In this document: positions 10,392 to 20,735 of the stretch, piece after piece | Layout: each line of letters opens with the position of its first letter | How positions within the stretch are numbered: position 1 is the first letter of the stretch | NCBI GenBank assembly: GCA_963840855.1 | Contig: CAWJBB010000041.1 | Location: 96,001-160,000, forward strand | Direction: 5' to 3' | Source of the DNA: an uncultured delta proteobacterium | GTDB taxonomy: Bacteria > Desulfobacterota > Binatia > UBA9968 | Length of the DNA stretch: 64,000 bases | Notes under the pieces: generated by a model | Databases searched by the model: none | The model's input: the letters and a program-made list of their open reading frames with translations, nothing else | Told to the model about the DNA's origin: nothing | Made by a program: the position numbers and the translations under genes

Positions 10392-12326
10392 CTAATCCTT
10401 CCACAGGTGGTTGGCCGCGTATTTGAGGACGACGTCCACGCAGGTCGCGCAATAGCCATTTTCCAAAAGATTTTTCACCATGGCGTTGTATTTTTCGGAT
10501 TGCTCCTCGTCGCGCATGCGCGATTTGGTAATCACCCGGCTTAGATCGCGCACCGAACTGATGAGCTTCTTCTCGATGGCCTCCTTAAGCGGCTCGTAGC
10601 TTCGGTAATCGATCTTTTCGCCGCGCCGGTTGGCCGCCCAGAGATATGCGATGACCTCCTGGCGGAAGCCATCCGCCGCGGAACCGATGATGGCGATCTG
10701 CTCTTCTATGGACTTCAGGAAACCTTCGTCGGGCGCCAATTCTTCCTTGGTATTGCGGTCTTTGACTTTGCTCTTATTGACATAGGCCTCGGCATGGTCG
10801 AGGTAGTTCTGGAAGAGCGATTCGGCCTGCTCCTGGTAGGAATAGACGAAGGCGCGCGTGATCTCTTTCTCCAATATCTCCAAATATTCCTTGTGCAAAG
10901 TATCCTGCAGAGATTCGAGATACTGTTTACGCGCATCGTCCGACAAATCGACCTCCTTGACCATGTTGATCAAGGCTTCGCGCACGTTGATGGGGTTGAT
11001 GCAATTGCCGCCGGCATTGTCGGATAACGCGTTGTCTAGGGCCTTCATGATGAAGCGCGTCGAAATGCCCGACATGCCTTCGCGTTTGGCGCCGTCGCGC
11101 AATTCTTGAATGTCTACTTTCTTGGTCCGGCCTTTTTCGATCACCTCTTCGCCGTTGTAGAGCTTGAGCTTGGTCATCAAATCGCACTTGTTGGTGGGCT
11201 CCAGGCGCGACAGGATGGCAAACATGGACGCAACCTCCAGCGTGTGCGGCGCGACATGCGCGCGGAAGTCAGAATTGCGGATGATCTTTTGATAGATTTT
11301 GACTTCTTCGGAAAGGCGCAAATTATACGGTACGCGAATCACCACGATGCGGTCCAAAATCGCCTCGTTGGTATGGTCGGATTTGAACTTCTGCCATTCG
11401 GCCTCGTTGGAATGGGCGACGATGACGGTGTCGACGTAGACCAAACCGTGGCGGCCCGGCGCTGGTACGACCTTTTCCTGGGTGGCGGTGATCATACAAT
11501 GCAGGTATTCGATCTCGTTTTTGAAGACTTCGATGAATTCGACGACGCCACGGTTGCCGACGTTCAGAGCGCCGTTTAACTCCAGAACCCGCGGATCGCC
11601 TTCGGAGTAAAGGTCCAGTTTCGAAATATCTTCGCTGCCGATGAGCACGGAAGTGTCCTGATTGTTGGGGTCCACCGGCGGGACTACACCGATGCCAACC
11701 CGTGCCCGCTTGGAAAATTCGACGGTGACGATGGGAAACTCTTCGTACTTGCCGTTGAATTCTTCTTTCAGGCGGAAGCGACACACTGGGCAGAGGTCGC
11801 CTTCGATATGCAGCCCCAGCATCTTCTCGAACTCTTTGCGCAGGTGGCGTGGAATCAGGTGCAGCGGCTCTTCAAACATCGGGCAGCCTTCGATCGTGTA
11901 GATCGGATCGGCCGCCTCCAAGCCGCGATGCACCTTCTCGGCTAGGGAGCTTTTGCCGGAGCCGACGGGGCCCATGAAATAGAGCACTTGCCGGCTCTCT
12001 TCGCCCTTCAAGGACGCGGCGTGAAAATAACGCACGATCTGCGAGACGGTCTTTTCGATGCCGAAAAATTCGTCGGCGAAGAAATCGAAGACCTTCAAGG
12101 TTTCGTCTTTATAGAGCCGCTTGACATGTGGATCGCCGCTTTCATGGATGTCGCGGCAGCCAGGTTTCATAATGATGTCATAAACCCGGGCGTGCGCCAG
12201 TTTGGTGATGGTCGGATCTTCCTTGATTTTTTCGATGTAGCCAAGTAGATTGCCGTGCCACGAACGAGCGTGGTGGCGGTCCCGATCCTGCCTGATCAGA
12301 GTTTCAAATTCCGTTGTGGTTGCCAT
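10392..12326 (-). CDS. prkA: PrkA/YeaG AAA+ serine protein kinase
   Basis: GPVGSGKS Walker A, CPMFEEPLHL, DPNNQDTS.L.G, GNRG..EFIE, AHSNEAEW. Confidence 0.93.
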   Translation of the reverse strand: MATTTEFETLIRQDRDRHHARSWHGNLLGYIEKIKEDPTITKLAHARVYDIIMKPGCRDIHESGDPHVKRLYKDETLKVFDFFADEFFGIEKTVSQIVRYFHAASLKGEESRQVLYFMGPVGSGKSSLAEKVHRGLEAADPIYTIEGCPMFEEPLHLIPRHLRKEFEKMLGLHIEGDLCPVCRFRLKEEFNGKYEEFPIVTVEFSKRARVGIGVVPPVDPNNQDTSVLIGSEDISKLDLYSEGDPRVLELNGALNVGNRGVVEFIEVFKNEIEYLHCMITATQEKVVPAPGRHGLVYVDTVIVAHSNEAEWQKFKSDHTNEAILDRIVVIRVPYNLRLSEEVKIYQKIIRNSDFRAHVAPHTLEVASMFAILSRLEPTNKCDLMTKLKLYNGEEVIEKGRTKKVDIQELRDGAKREGMSGISTRFIMKALDNALSDNAGGNCINPINVREALINMVKEVDLSDDARKQYLESLQDTLHKEYLEILEKEITRAFVYSYQEQAESLFQNYLDHAEAYVNKSKVKDRNTKEELAPDEGFLKSIEEQIAIIGSAADGFRQEVIAYLWAANRRGEKIDYRSYEPLKEAIEKKLISSVRDLSRVITKSRMRDEEQSEKYNAMVKNLLENGYCATCVDVVLKYAANHLWKD

Positions 12327-12703
12327 TCCAGCCTTCCCCCTTTTGCGGAACCAAAATTTGACTGTGTGATATGTGATTGCTTAGCGGCGCAGACGGAGCT
12401 GCCCGGTAACGAATAACCGACGGGCGGCGCAAGGTGTTTGCTTCCGTGAGACTAAGAAGTGTGCTTGTTGGGATTTTTCGCATCACCTTCAAGCGAACAA
12501 AAGCTCAAGCAGGAGGCGCTGCGGAGACGCGCATGGACCGGTATCTGGCTGTTGATGAAGAGCGGCTCACATCGAACTCCTGATCGGTCATTGCTGTTAA
12601 CCAGCCAAGACTTTTCGCCTTTGAAATAAGACGCAGGCGACTAACGGTTTCTTCAATTATCAACATTGAAACTTTATTTTACACGAATGTCAACAAAATG
12701 TAT

Positions 12704-12721
12704 ATGCAAGGAGTATGCCGT
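12704..12721 (-). promoter_or_regulatory. Sigma-54 (-24/-12) promoter for prkA-yeaH-spoVR
   Basis: Minus strand ACGGCATACTCCTTGCAT = GG-N10-GC with TTGCA; yeaGH is sigma-54/NtrC-regulated in E. coli. Confidence 0.6.
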
Positions 12722-12902
12722 GACAAACTGATCAATGATTTCACCGTCGGTGAGACACGTGCGTTCTGAATATCGATTTGCGCGCGCCATTTTTTTGACG
12801 CCCGTCAGAAAACCTCCGGATGGATAGGCCGAGTATTTCCCTTTCGAGTTACATTGCAAGGGATTCTTTGCTAAAGTCGGCGAGTACCTTTTCTTAGAAT
12901 TT

Positions 12903-13427
12903 ATGCGCGAAGTTGAAATTGAGATTGTACCTGGTGTTCGATGGTACGCCATACGGAGCAAGCCTAATCGCGAGAAAGAGGTTCAGAAACGGCTGAGCGA
13001 TCTCGGCGTCAAGGTGTTTCTGCCCTGGTTGCGCGCCCGGCGGCGGCGCCGCGGCCGTCGTCAGTGGGTTTTGGTTCCGCTTTTTCCCGGCTACCTGTTT
13101 TCCTGTCTGGACCTTGAGGTGTCCGGCAAGACGGTTCGGTACGTTCCCGGAGTGAAAGACTTTCTCAAGTTCGGCAGCCATGTGGCGGAAGTCTCCCAAG
13201 AGATCGTCGACGAACTACGTGAGCGCTGTCCGGGCGGAGTGGCAGAAATCGATCCATTTAAGATTAATCCCGGCGAAGTCGTTCGCATCCAAGAAGGCCC
13301 CTTTGCCGGCGTGGAGGCGATTTTCCAACGCGCATTGAAAGACAGCGAACGGGTTGCCGTCCTGCTGGAGATTCTCGGTCGCCAGACCAAACTCGAATTG
13401 CCAGCGGAGGCCATCGAAAAGCTGTAG
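12903..13427 (+). CDS. NusG paralogue (RfaH/UpxY-type antitermination factor)
   Basis: WYAIRSKPNRE, PLFPGYLF (NGN domain); GEVVRIQEGPFAG (KOW). Confidence 0.85.
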   Translation: MREVEIEIVPGVRWYAIRSKPNREKEVQKRLSDLGVKVFLPWLRARRRRRGRRQWVLVPLFPGYLFSCLDLEVSGKTVRYVPGVKDFLKFGSHVAEVSQEIVDELRERCPGGVAEIDPFKINPGEVVRIQEGPFAGVEAIFQRALKDSERVAVLLEILGRQTKLELPAEAIEKL

Positions 13428-13657
13428 GGGCCGTTCCGCGACGCGCCTCCGGTCCTTAGAGACCGCGTCGCAATTAGCCATTCGCCCCATCCGTTTGTAG
13501 TGATCTGGTCGAACCATGGACGGAATTGCCACATAGTCTCTCAGATAAACTCGAAATCCCTGGGTATTTTTCGCCTACCTTGACAAGGTACATCGCGCCT
13601 TGATAGATGCCGAGAACCTCAACGCGGTCTCAAGCGCGGCCGCGCCGAAGGAAAATC

Positions 13658-16171
13658 ATGGGCAATCAATTATGGCAACGGCGCGCCTTGTTTGCGGTCT
13701 TTGGACTTTTATCCGCCGCCCTTGTTTTCACGACCCTGACCGCCTCGCTTAGCTGGATTAACCGGCCGTTCCCGGGATTCTTCGTTCATGAGAATCTCAC
13801 CGTCGGACCTTATTTTCTGCCGGGCTGGAGTGGTGGCGCGGCGGGCGTAAAATCCTTGGACCGCGTCGTAGCCGTAGACGGACGGGAGCTACAGTCGCGG
13901 CAAGATTTCTACGAAATTGTTAAAGGGCGCCCGGCCGGCGCTCAGTTTCGTTACCGGATCGTTCGCAATGGAGATGCCGTCGAAATGCCGGTTTCCTCCA
14001 TGACGTTTACGTTTCATGACTGGTTTCTGAGCTTCGGCGTTTATATCGTAATCGGTCTTGCCTTTCTTATGATCGGCGTGGCCCCTTACTATTTCGGCGC
14101 GCCATCGCCGGCCGCTTTGCCGCTCTGTTTCATGGTGGTGGCGGTGTTCCTGTGGTTTCTCAGCACCTTCGACTTCATGACTACCGGCGCACTGCCGAAA
14201 GAGGTTCGTGTCTTCGGCCTGACCTTCACGCCCGCCGCCGCAATTCACCTGGCCCTGCTTTTCAAAGGCGGCAAACCATTGTGGCGCACCCGGCCCGCGG
14301 CTTTGCTGGCAAACTACGGCTGCGCTTTGCTGCTCGGCGGGCTCATCAGCGCGACCTTTTTTGGGCCTTTCGAGCTCTGGGTAGTGGCGTTTCGACTCGG
14401 CTATCTTTACACCTTGGGCGGCGCATTTTTGTTTTTTGCAATCACCTGGCAGGCGTCGCGGGTGACGACGTCGGACTTAGAGCGCTCGCGACTTCGTGTC
14501 ATGTTAGTCGGCGCTTTTCTCGGCTTCGTCATACCCACTCTTAGCACGGTTCTGACCAGCACTTTCCAGTTGCCCATACCGTATAATCTGGCGTTGGTTC
14601 CAACGGTCTTTTTCCCCATCTCGGTTGCTTACGCACTGCTCAAATATAGCCTGTTTGACCTCGGCAATGTGCTGCGTGTTGGTTTGAGCCGGATGGCGTT
14701 AACCGCATTCTTACTGGCGATCTATTCTCTCCTGGCGCTCTTCGCGGGGCCCTGGGCAGGAATCTATGGATCGGATCCGTTGGTGCCGATCTTCTTTTCC
14801 GTGTTCGTCGTCTTATTGTTCAATCCATTGTTGCGCTGGATCGAAGGAAAGGTGGATCGCTACCTTTATCGGCAAGACTACGACCCGGCATTGGTGCAGC
14901 AGGAGATCAGCCTTTTTCTCCGATCCCTGGCCGATACCGCGCCGCTGGCAGCGGGTTTCTTACAAAGGGTCTCGGAGCGCATGGGGATTTCGTTGGTGGC
15001 GCTGGCGTATCGGCCCAAGAACGCCGCGGAATATTTGACCGCCGGCAGCGCTGCGCCGAACTCCGCTGCGGTAGCGATCACTGAGGGCGCAGTGGCGTTG
15101 TCTGCGTTATGGGGCCGGGATTCGTATCGGGGGGTCTTTCTAGACGAAGTGTCGGCCAATCCGCTTTACCGGGCAGAACGGGAAAACCTGCTGCGGCTGT
15201 TCAAAAATTGGCGTGCAGAGCTTATCTTGCCATTGGTTTTCGAGCGCGAGGTGCGCGGCTTCGTTTCCTTCGGCGCCAAGCGTGCCGCCAGGGAATACAG
15301 CGCCGAAGATCTGCGCTTGCTTGAAACCTTGACCGAGCAATTGGCACTGTCGTTGGAAAACGGCAAACTCTACGAGGAATCGGTAAATGCCTATAACGAA
15401 GCGGCGGCGCTGAACCGGCGTTTGATCGAGATGGACCGCGTCAAAAAACAGTTTGTCGCCAATATCTGCCATGAGCTGAGAACGCCGGTGAGCACGATCA
15501 TCGGCTACGGCGAGATTCTGCGCGACGAGAACTTCAAGGGCGATGCGCGCGGTATTTTGAACAGGCTTGTGAACAATGGCCAGGAGTTGTCCCAGTTGAT
15601 GGATGATCTCATGAATTTCTCGCGCGTGGAGACGGACGTCTCAGTGGCGCGCTTCGAACCGGTGAAATTGACGGAAATTATGGCCGGCCTGGAGATGATG
15701 ACCCGCAGACTGATTCGCGAACGGCCCATCGAATTCTGCCTCAACGTCGAATCGCCCGTAGTTACCATCGAGAGCGACGCGCAAAGGCTGCAGCAAATTC
15801 TCGTGCAGGTGCTAACCAACGCGCTCAAGTTTACGGAGAAAGGCAAGATCGAAATGACCCTGCGCGCTGCGGATGTGAGCGGCGGCAAATTTATCGAGAT
15901 CGCCGTCGCCGACACCGGCATCGGTATCAAACGAGAAGACCACGAACTGATCTTCGAAGACTTTCGCCAGCTCGACGGCTCCTCAAGCCGGACTTACGGC
16001 GGCACCGGGCTGGGCCTCGGTCTATGCCGCAGGCTCGCCACCGCGCTAGGCGGCACCATCAATCTCTCCAGTGAACTGGGAGTGGGCAGTGTTTTTAGTT
16101 TAGTTTTGCCGGTGAACTATTCCGCCGACGGCGCGGGCCCAACCGGACAGCGAATGGCTCCCGCACATTGA
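13658..16171 (+). CDS. Membrane sensor histidine kinase (PDZ - multi-TM - GAF - HisKA - HATPase)
   Basis: AAGVKSLDRVVAVDG PDZ; EYSAEDLRLL..L.EQLALSLEN GAF end; HELRTP; NALKFT, DTGIGI, GGTGLGL. Confidence 0.88.
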   Translation: MGNQLWQRRALFAVFGLLSAALVFTTLTASLSWINRPFPGFFVHENLTVGPYFLPGWSGGAAGVKSLDRVVAVDGRELQSRQDFYEIVKGRPAGAQFRYRIVRNGDAVEMPVSSMTFTFHDWFLSFGVYIVIGLAFLMIGVAPYYFGAPSPAALPLCFMVVAVFLWFLSTFDFMTTGALPKEVRVFGLTFTPAAAIHLALLFKGGKPLWRTRPAALLANYGCALLLGGLISATFFGPFELWVVAFRLGYLYTLGGAFLFFAITWQASRVTTSDLERSRLRVMLVGAFLGFVIPTLSTVLTSTFQLPIPYNLALVPTVFFPISVAYALLKYSLFDLGNVLRVGLSRMALTAFLLAIYSLLALFAGPWAGIYGSDPLVPIFFSVFVVLLFNPLLRWIEGKVDRYLYRQDYDPALVQQEISLFLRSLADTAPLAAGFLQRVSERMGISLVALAYRPKNAAEYLTAGSAAPNSAAVAITEGAVALSALWGRDSYRGVFLDEVSANPLYRAERENLLRLFKNWRAELILPLVFEREVRGFVSFGAKRAAREYSAEDLRLLETLTEQLALSLENGKLYEESVNAYNEAAALNRRLIEMDRVKKQFVANICHELRTPVSTIIGYGEILRDENFKGDARGILNRLVNNGQELSQLMDDLMNFSRVETDVSVARFEPVKLTEIMAGLEMMTRRLIRERPIEFCLNVESPVVTIESDAQRLQQILVQVLTNALKFTEKGKIEMTLRAADVSGGKFIEIAVADTGIGIKREDHELIFEDFRQLDGSSSRTYGGTGLGLGLCRRLATALGGTINLSSELGVGSVFSLVLPVNYSADGAGPTGQRMAPAH

Positions 16172-16235
16172 TTTTGCGCCCATACCGGCGCATGGTACGG
16201 TAATTCCCTCACAATAAAAGACCAGGAGGCGCGTC

Positions 16236-16958
16236 ATGCCTGAACTGCGGCGATTGGGAATTTTGGCTGAAGAACCGGCCAGGCTCGGAGAATTTTACCG
16301 CAACGTATTCGACCTCGAGAAGATCGGTGAAGAAAGCGGTCATGTGATTCTTTCCGATGGTATTTTCAATCTTGCCTTGTTATCTGCGCCCAAAGGATTG
16401 AAAACGGGTTTGCGCTACCTGGGATTTGCTGCCGCGCGGATGGAATCGATCAGCAAGAAACTCGAACACTGGGAAGGCGGAGCGATTACGGTCAACGAAT
16501 GCCCCGCGGTTGCGGAAATCGATCATGAGACGCGCGATCCGGACGGGAATATTATCGGGCTTAATCGGCGCGCCTTCGATACGGCTTACCAAAAGACGCC
16601 GGTGCCGATTCGCCACATCGCGCTGTACACGCCGAACCCACGATGCATGGCGGATTTCTATTGTTCCATCCTCGATATGCGGGAAGTGGAGCGCACCGAC
16701 CGCGGGTCGATTTTCGTAACCGACGGCTACATTAACGTTGCGTTGCTGTTTCAGAGAAAAGAAGAACCATTGGGGCTCAATCACTTCGGCTTTCACGTTA
16801 AAAGCAATGAGGATATGCGCCTGCGCGCGGAACGAGCTGGCGTTCGCCCCGGCGCCAAGCGCCCCGCGCGCATTCCATTCGCCGAGTACCGCGTCCACGA
16901 TCCGGAGGGCAATGGTTTCGATATTTCGGAAAAGGGCTTTCGGGTAGAGCCCAAGTAA
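16236..16958 (+). CDS. Two-domain VOC/glyoxalase family protein
   Basis: Duplicated module: IRHIAL, FY..ILDM, GLNHFGFHV, DPDGN and DPEGN. Confidence 0.8.
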   Translation: MPELRRLGILAEEPARLGEFYRNVFDLEKIGEESGHVILSDGIFNLALLSAPKGLKTGLRYLGFAAARMESISKKLEHWEGGAITVNECPAVAEIDHETRDPDGNIIGLNRRAFDTAYQKTPVPIRHIALYTPNPRCMADFYCSILDMREVERTDRGSIFVTDGYINVALLFQRKEEPLGLNHFGFHVKSNEDMRLRAERAGVRPGAKRPARIPFAEYRVHDPEGNGFDISEKGFRVEPK

Positions 16959-16971
16959 TGCGGGATTACGC

Positions 16972-17619
16972 ATGGAGAGCGCGGCGTTTTTGCAAGAGAT
17001 TCTGGTTCCGGTCCGGGAGTTTTGCCGGACTCTCGACGCGCATCCGCCGGCGTATAGCTATATTCCATTGCGCACGGATGAAGAGCGGATTCGCGTGATG
17101 CAAAGCCGGCTCTTCAACGAGTTGCGCGCCGCGGATTTGTTCGGCACCTGGCTGCGCACCACGCCGGAACTGGATGTCAAAGCGACGATGGCGGAATCGG
17201 CCCATGAGGAAATGGTGCACGCGCAACTGCTGAGCAAAAGAATTCGCGATCTGGGCGCCGAGCCGTTCGATTACCAGCCGCTGCCTGCCCAGACCGCCAT
17301 GTTCAACGCCATGGAAGGGCTCAACGAGACCTGCGAGCGCATCGCGGCGCTGTCCGTGGCGGGGGAAACCGTAGCCAACTATTTAATTCAAATGTGCCTC
17401 AAATCGGCGGATGTGCCGGAATGGATCAAGCAGCCCTATCGTAGGATCACCGAAGACGAAGAAGGCCACGGCAGCGCCCCGCAAGAGTTCCTTAAACGCT
17501 ATGCCACGAGCGACCAGCGCCAGGATCGAGTTCGCCGCGCCGTCGCCATGCGCATGGTGCTTTTCCGCGAATATCTTGCCAGTCTGGACCGATGGGCCAT
17601 GGGCAAGGATCGCTGGTAG
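16972..17619 (+). CDS. Ferritin-like (di-iron four-helix) protein
   Basis: Paired ExxH motifs EEMVH and DEEGH plus NE and GE ligands. Confidence 0.7.
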   Translation: MESAAFLQEILVPVREFCRTLDAHPPAYSYIPLRTDEERIRVMQSRLFNELRAADLFGTWLRTTPELDVKATMAESAHEEMVHAQLLSKRIRDLGAEPFDYQPLPAQTAMFNAMEGLNETCERIAALSVAGETVANYLIQMCLKSADVPEWIKQPYRRITEDEEGHGSAPQEFLKRYATSDQRQDRVRRAVAMRMVLFREYLASLDRWAMGKDRW

Positions 17620-17761
17620 TTTTCTTCGCTTCGCTCCAACGGCTTGTACGATTTAAACTGCTGGAAATGTTTGAACGGATTGCTATGCTTTAACCGTTAC
17701 ACTTTGAACGGGCGTGGGCCTTGAACGTTTTGAACCTCAACATTTATTTAAGGAGGGCTAT

Positions 17762-18697
17762 ATGAAACTGCTGTATTTCGATGATTTCAAACTAGGTGTG
17801 CTAAAGGGCGATACTGTGGTGGACGTGTCGCAGGCGGTAAGCGACATCCCGCACACCGGGCCGCATAACTTGATCAGTGGACTGATCGAGCGTTTCGGGG
17901 ATTACCGCGGCGCCCTCGAGCGGGCCGCTGCCACCGGCACAGGAACGCCGCTCGACAAGGTGCGGATCAGGCCGCCGTTACCCAAGCCGGTCAATATCGA
18001 CTGCATGGCGGTGAACTACATGGAGGACGGCACGCGCAAGGAGCCGGCGCCGATCAACGCGTTCCACAAGTCGCCAGGCTGTGTTATCGGCGACGGCGAC
18101 ACCATGGTACTGCCCGATGTGCCCGCCACCATCTTCGAGGGTGAAGCGGAGTTGGCGCTGGTGATCGGCAAGCGCGCCGCCAACGTGCCCGCTGCTAGTG
18201 CGATGGAATATGTCTTTGGCTACGTGAACTTCATCGATGGATCGGCGCGCGGTCTGCCGCCCGCCGGCAACACGTTCTATCAGATGAAGTCGCGCGACAG
18301 CTTCGGGCCCATGGGCCCATTTCTCGTCACGGCCGACGAGATAAAGGACCCGCACAACCTCCAGGTCAGATTGTGGAATAACGGCACGCTGATGCAGAAC
18401 TACAACACCAGCGACATGGCGCATAAGATTCCCCGCTGCATCGAATGGGTTAGCTCGATCCATCCGCTTGAGCCGGGTGATGTCCTGGCGCTGGGAACCA
18501 ATCACCGCGGCCTAAACCCGTTCCAGGACGGCGACTTGATCGAGATCGAAACCGAGCCGCTGGGCCGGTTGCACTTTAAGATCCGTGACGATCTCAAGCG
18601 TACCTGGGCGAGGGAGACGCGGCTGCAACGGCATGAGAAGGGGCTGGAAGCGCACACCCCACAGCTCACCGGTAAGTACGCCAAGGCGAATCCTTAG
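17762..18697 (+). CDS. Fumarylacetoacetate (FAH) hydrolase family protein
   Basis: MAVNY, FEGEAELALVIGK, GYVNFIDGSAR, KSRDSFGPMGP, LEPGDVLALGT; AGGAGG RBS. Confidence 0.88.
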   Translation: MKLLYFDDFKLGVLKGDTVVDVSQAVSDIPHTGPHNLISGLIERFGDYRGALERAAATGTGTPLDKVRIRPPLPKPVNIDCMAVNYMEDGTRKEPAPINAFHKSPGCVIGDGDTMVLPDVPATIFEGEAELALVIGKRAANVPAASAMEYVFGYVNFIDGSARGLPPAGNTFYQMKSRDSFGPMGPFLVTADEIKDPHNLQVRLWNNGTLMQNYNTSDMAHKIPRCIEWVSSIHPLEPGDVLALGTNHRGLNPFQDGDLIEIETEPLGRLHFKIRDDLKRTWARETRLQRHEKGLEAHTPQLTGKYAKANP

Positions 18698-18838
18698 AAA
18701 CCGTGGGGCTCAAAGGCAGTATCTGTCATTCATTTGGATACACAATTGGATATACTATGACCGTTATTCGTGCGGCGGGGCTGAATACCGACGCTGACAG
18801 CCCATGAGCAAGCGCGGCGGCACAAAAGAGGAGATCCA

Positions 18839-20710
18839 GTGAAGACAACAATCGCGACGCGATCGTCACAGAGGAAAAATCGGCGGTCCAATAAGTCCCG
18901 GGTCGACATGCCAGAGCTGCTCGGAAAACCGCGCATGGGGTGGGGCAGCGATGTCGTTGCCGAAGTCACTCGCCGGCTCGACCTCAAATATATCGCGCTG
19001 GTACCCGGCGCCAGCTATCGCGGCTTTCACGACAGCGTCGTCAACTATCTCGGCAACGAAAATCCGCAGATGGTCATCTGCCTGCATGAAGAACATGCGG
19101 TCTCGATCGCCGACGGCTATGGCAAGGTGACCGAGGAGCCGATGGCCGTGGCATTGCATGCCAACGTTGGGCTTATGCATGCGAGCATGCCGATCTTCAA
19201 CGCGTGGTGCGATCGCACGCCGATGATCATCTTCGGCGCCACCGGGCCGGTGGATGCGCATCGGCGCCGTCCTTGGATCGACTGGATCCACACGTCGAAG
19301 GATCAAGCGTCCATCGTTCGCGATTACACCAAATGGGACGATCAGCCGGCCTCGCCCCAGGCGGCGGTCGAATCGGTCCTAAGAGCCAACCAGATTACGC
19401 GGACGGCGCCCTGTGGACCGGTCTATATCTGTCTCGATGTCGGTCTTCAGGAATCGCCGCTCACAGAGCGGATATCGATTCCCGATCCGGCCCGTTTCGC
19501 CCCGGCGCCTTCTCCTGCGGCGCCACAGGCATCGGTGCTGCAGGCTTTGCAGGCCATCGATAGGGCGAAGTTTCCGCTGATCCTCATGGGTCGCGTCTCG
19601 CGCAAGCAAGCGGACTGGGATCGCCGCGTGCGCTTTGCCGAGGCCATCGGCGCCGCGGTGTTGACCAGCAGCAACGATCCGGCGGCTTTTCCAACGACCC
19701 ATCCGCTACACTTCGCCGCGCCGTGCTTGCGCCCGAGCAAGGCTGCGACGGCGTTGATCGAAAAAGCCGACCTCATCATCAGCCTCGATTGGCTGGATCT
19801 CGCCGGCATATTTCGTATGAGTCTCGGCGCCGCGCAAACGCAGAACCCCGCGGAAAAGACCATCATCCATTGTTCTGTCGATAACGTTCGCACCAACGGC
19901 TGGAGTATGGATCATCAGGCGCTTGCGGCGGTGGACACTCCTATCTTTGCCGAGCCTGATCAATTCGTCGCGCAGATGCTCGACCAGTTGGGCGCCAAAA
20001 AGACGGCCAAAACAAAAACCAGGCCGGAGATGAAGAACCTGGCGCATTGGAACGATGCGACTATTAGCAAGTCGTCGCCGACACGCGGGCAGCCGATGTC
20101 GTTATGGGACATGGCGATGACCGTGAGAGAATTTGCCAAGAAATACCCGGTGACTTTTGCTCGTTTGCCGATCGGCTGGCCCGGGGAAGCCTATGAGTTC
20201 GACGGACCGTTGTCGTTCATGGGAAATGACGGCGGCGGCGCCGTCGGCACCGGGCCGGGGCATACCATTGGCGCCGCGCTGGCGCTCAAGGACACGGACC
20301 GGCTAACCATCGGCGTCCTCGGGGACGGCGACTATCTCATGGGAGTGAGCGCGCTCTGGACGGCGTCTCACTTTGAGATTCCCGTGATGATCGTGGTCGC
20401 CGATAACCGCTCTTACTTCAACGACGAAATGCATCAGGAGCGCGTCGCCCAGATGCGCAGCCGGCCCGCGCAAAATCGCTGGATCGGTCAGCGTATCGAC
20501 GATCCCCGGGTGGATTTGGTCGCGATGGCGCGGGCTCAAGGTTTTGCCAGCGAAGAGCCGGTCTCGACGGTTGAGGCTTTGGCAAAAGCGCTCAAGAGAG
20601 GCGCGGAGATTGTCGCCGATGGCGGGCGCTATTTCATCGATTCGGTGGTGCAGCCGGGCTACGCCGATAGCGGCCCGGACCAGCGCGCGGGCGACGGCAA
20701 GAAAGGGTGA
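18839..20710 (+). CDS. Thiamine diphosphate-dependent enzyme (ALS/benzoylformate decarboxylase-like)
   Basis: PGASYRGFHDS, HEEHAVSIADGY, GDGDYLM...N ThDP-binding motif. Confidence 0.85.
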   Translation: MKTTIATRSSQRKNRRSNKSRVDMPELLGKPRMGWGSDVVAEVTRRLDLKYIALVPGASYRGFHDSVVNYLGNENPQMVICLHEEHAVSIADGYGKVTEEPMAVALHANVGLMHASMPIFNAWCDRTPMIIFGATGPVDAHRRRPWIDWIHTSKDQASIVRDYTKWDDQPASPQAAVESVLRANQITRTAPCGPVYICLDVGLQESPLTERISIPDPARFAPAPSPAAPQASVLQALQAIDRAKFPLILMGRVSRKQADWDRRVRFAEAIGAAVLTSSNDPAAFPTTHPLHFAAPCLRPSKAATALIEKADLIISLDWLDLAGIFRMSLGAAQTQNPAEKTIIHCSVDNVRTNGWSMDHQALAAVDTPIFAEPDQFVAQMLDQLGAKKTAKTKTRPEMKNLAHWNDATISKSSPTRGQPMSLWDMAMTVREFAKKYPVTFARLPIGWPGEAYEFDGPLSFMGNDGGGAVGTGPGHTIGAALALKDTDRLTIGVLGDGDYLMGVSALWTASHFEIPVMIVVADNRSYFNDEMHQERVAQMRSRPAQNRWIGQRIDDPRVDLVAMARAQGFASEEPVSTVEALAKALKRGAEIVADGGRYFIDSVVQPGYADSGPDQRAGDGKKG

Positions 20711-20735
20711 GCGGGCGAGGGGTTAAACCGCGTGC

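Noticed and set aside
18698-18838. Possible TPP riboswitch upstream of the ThDP enzyme
   Set aside because: No CTGAGA or CCTGA...TAATGC core visible
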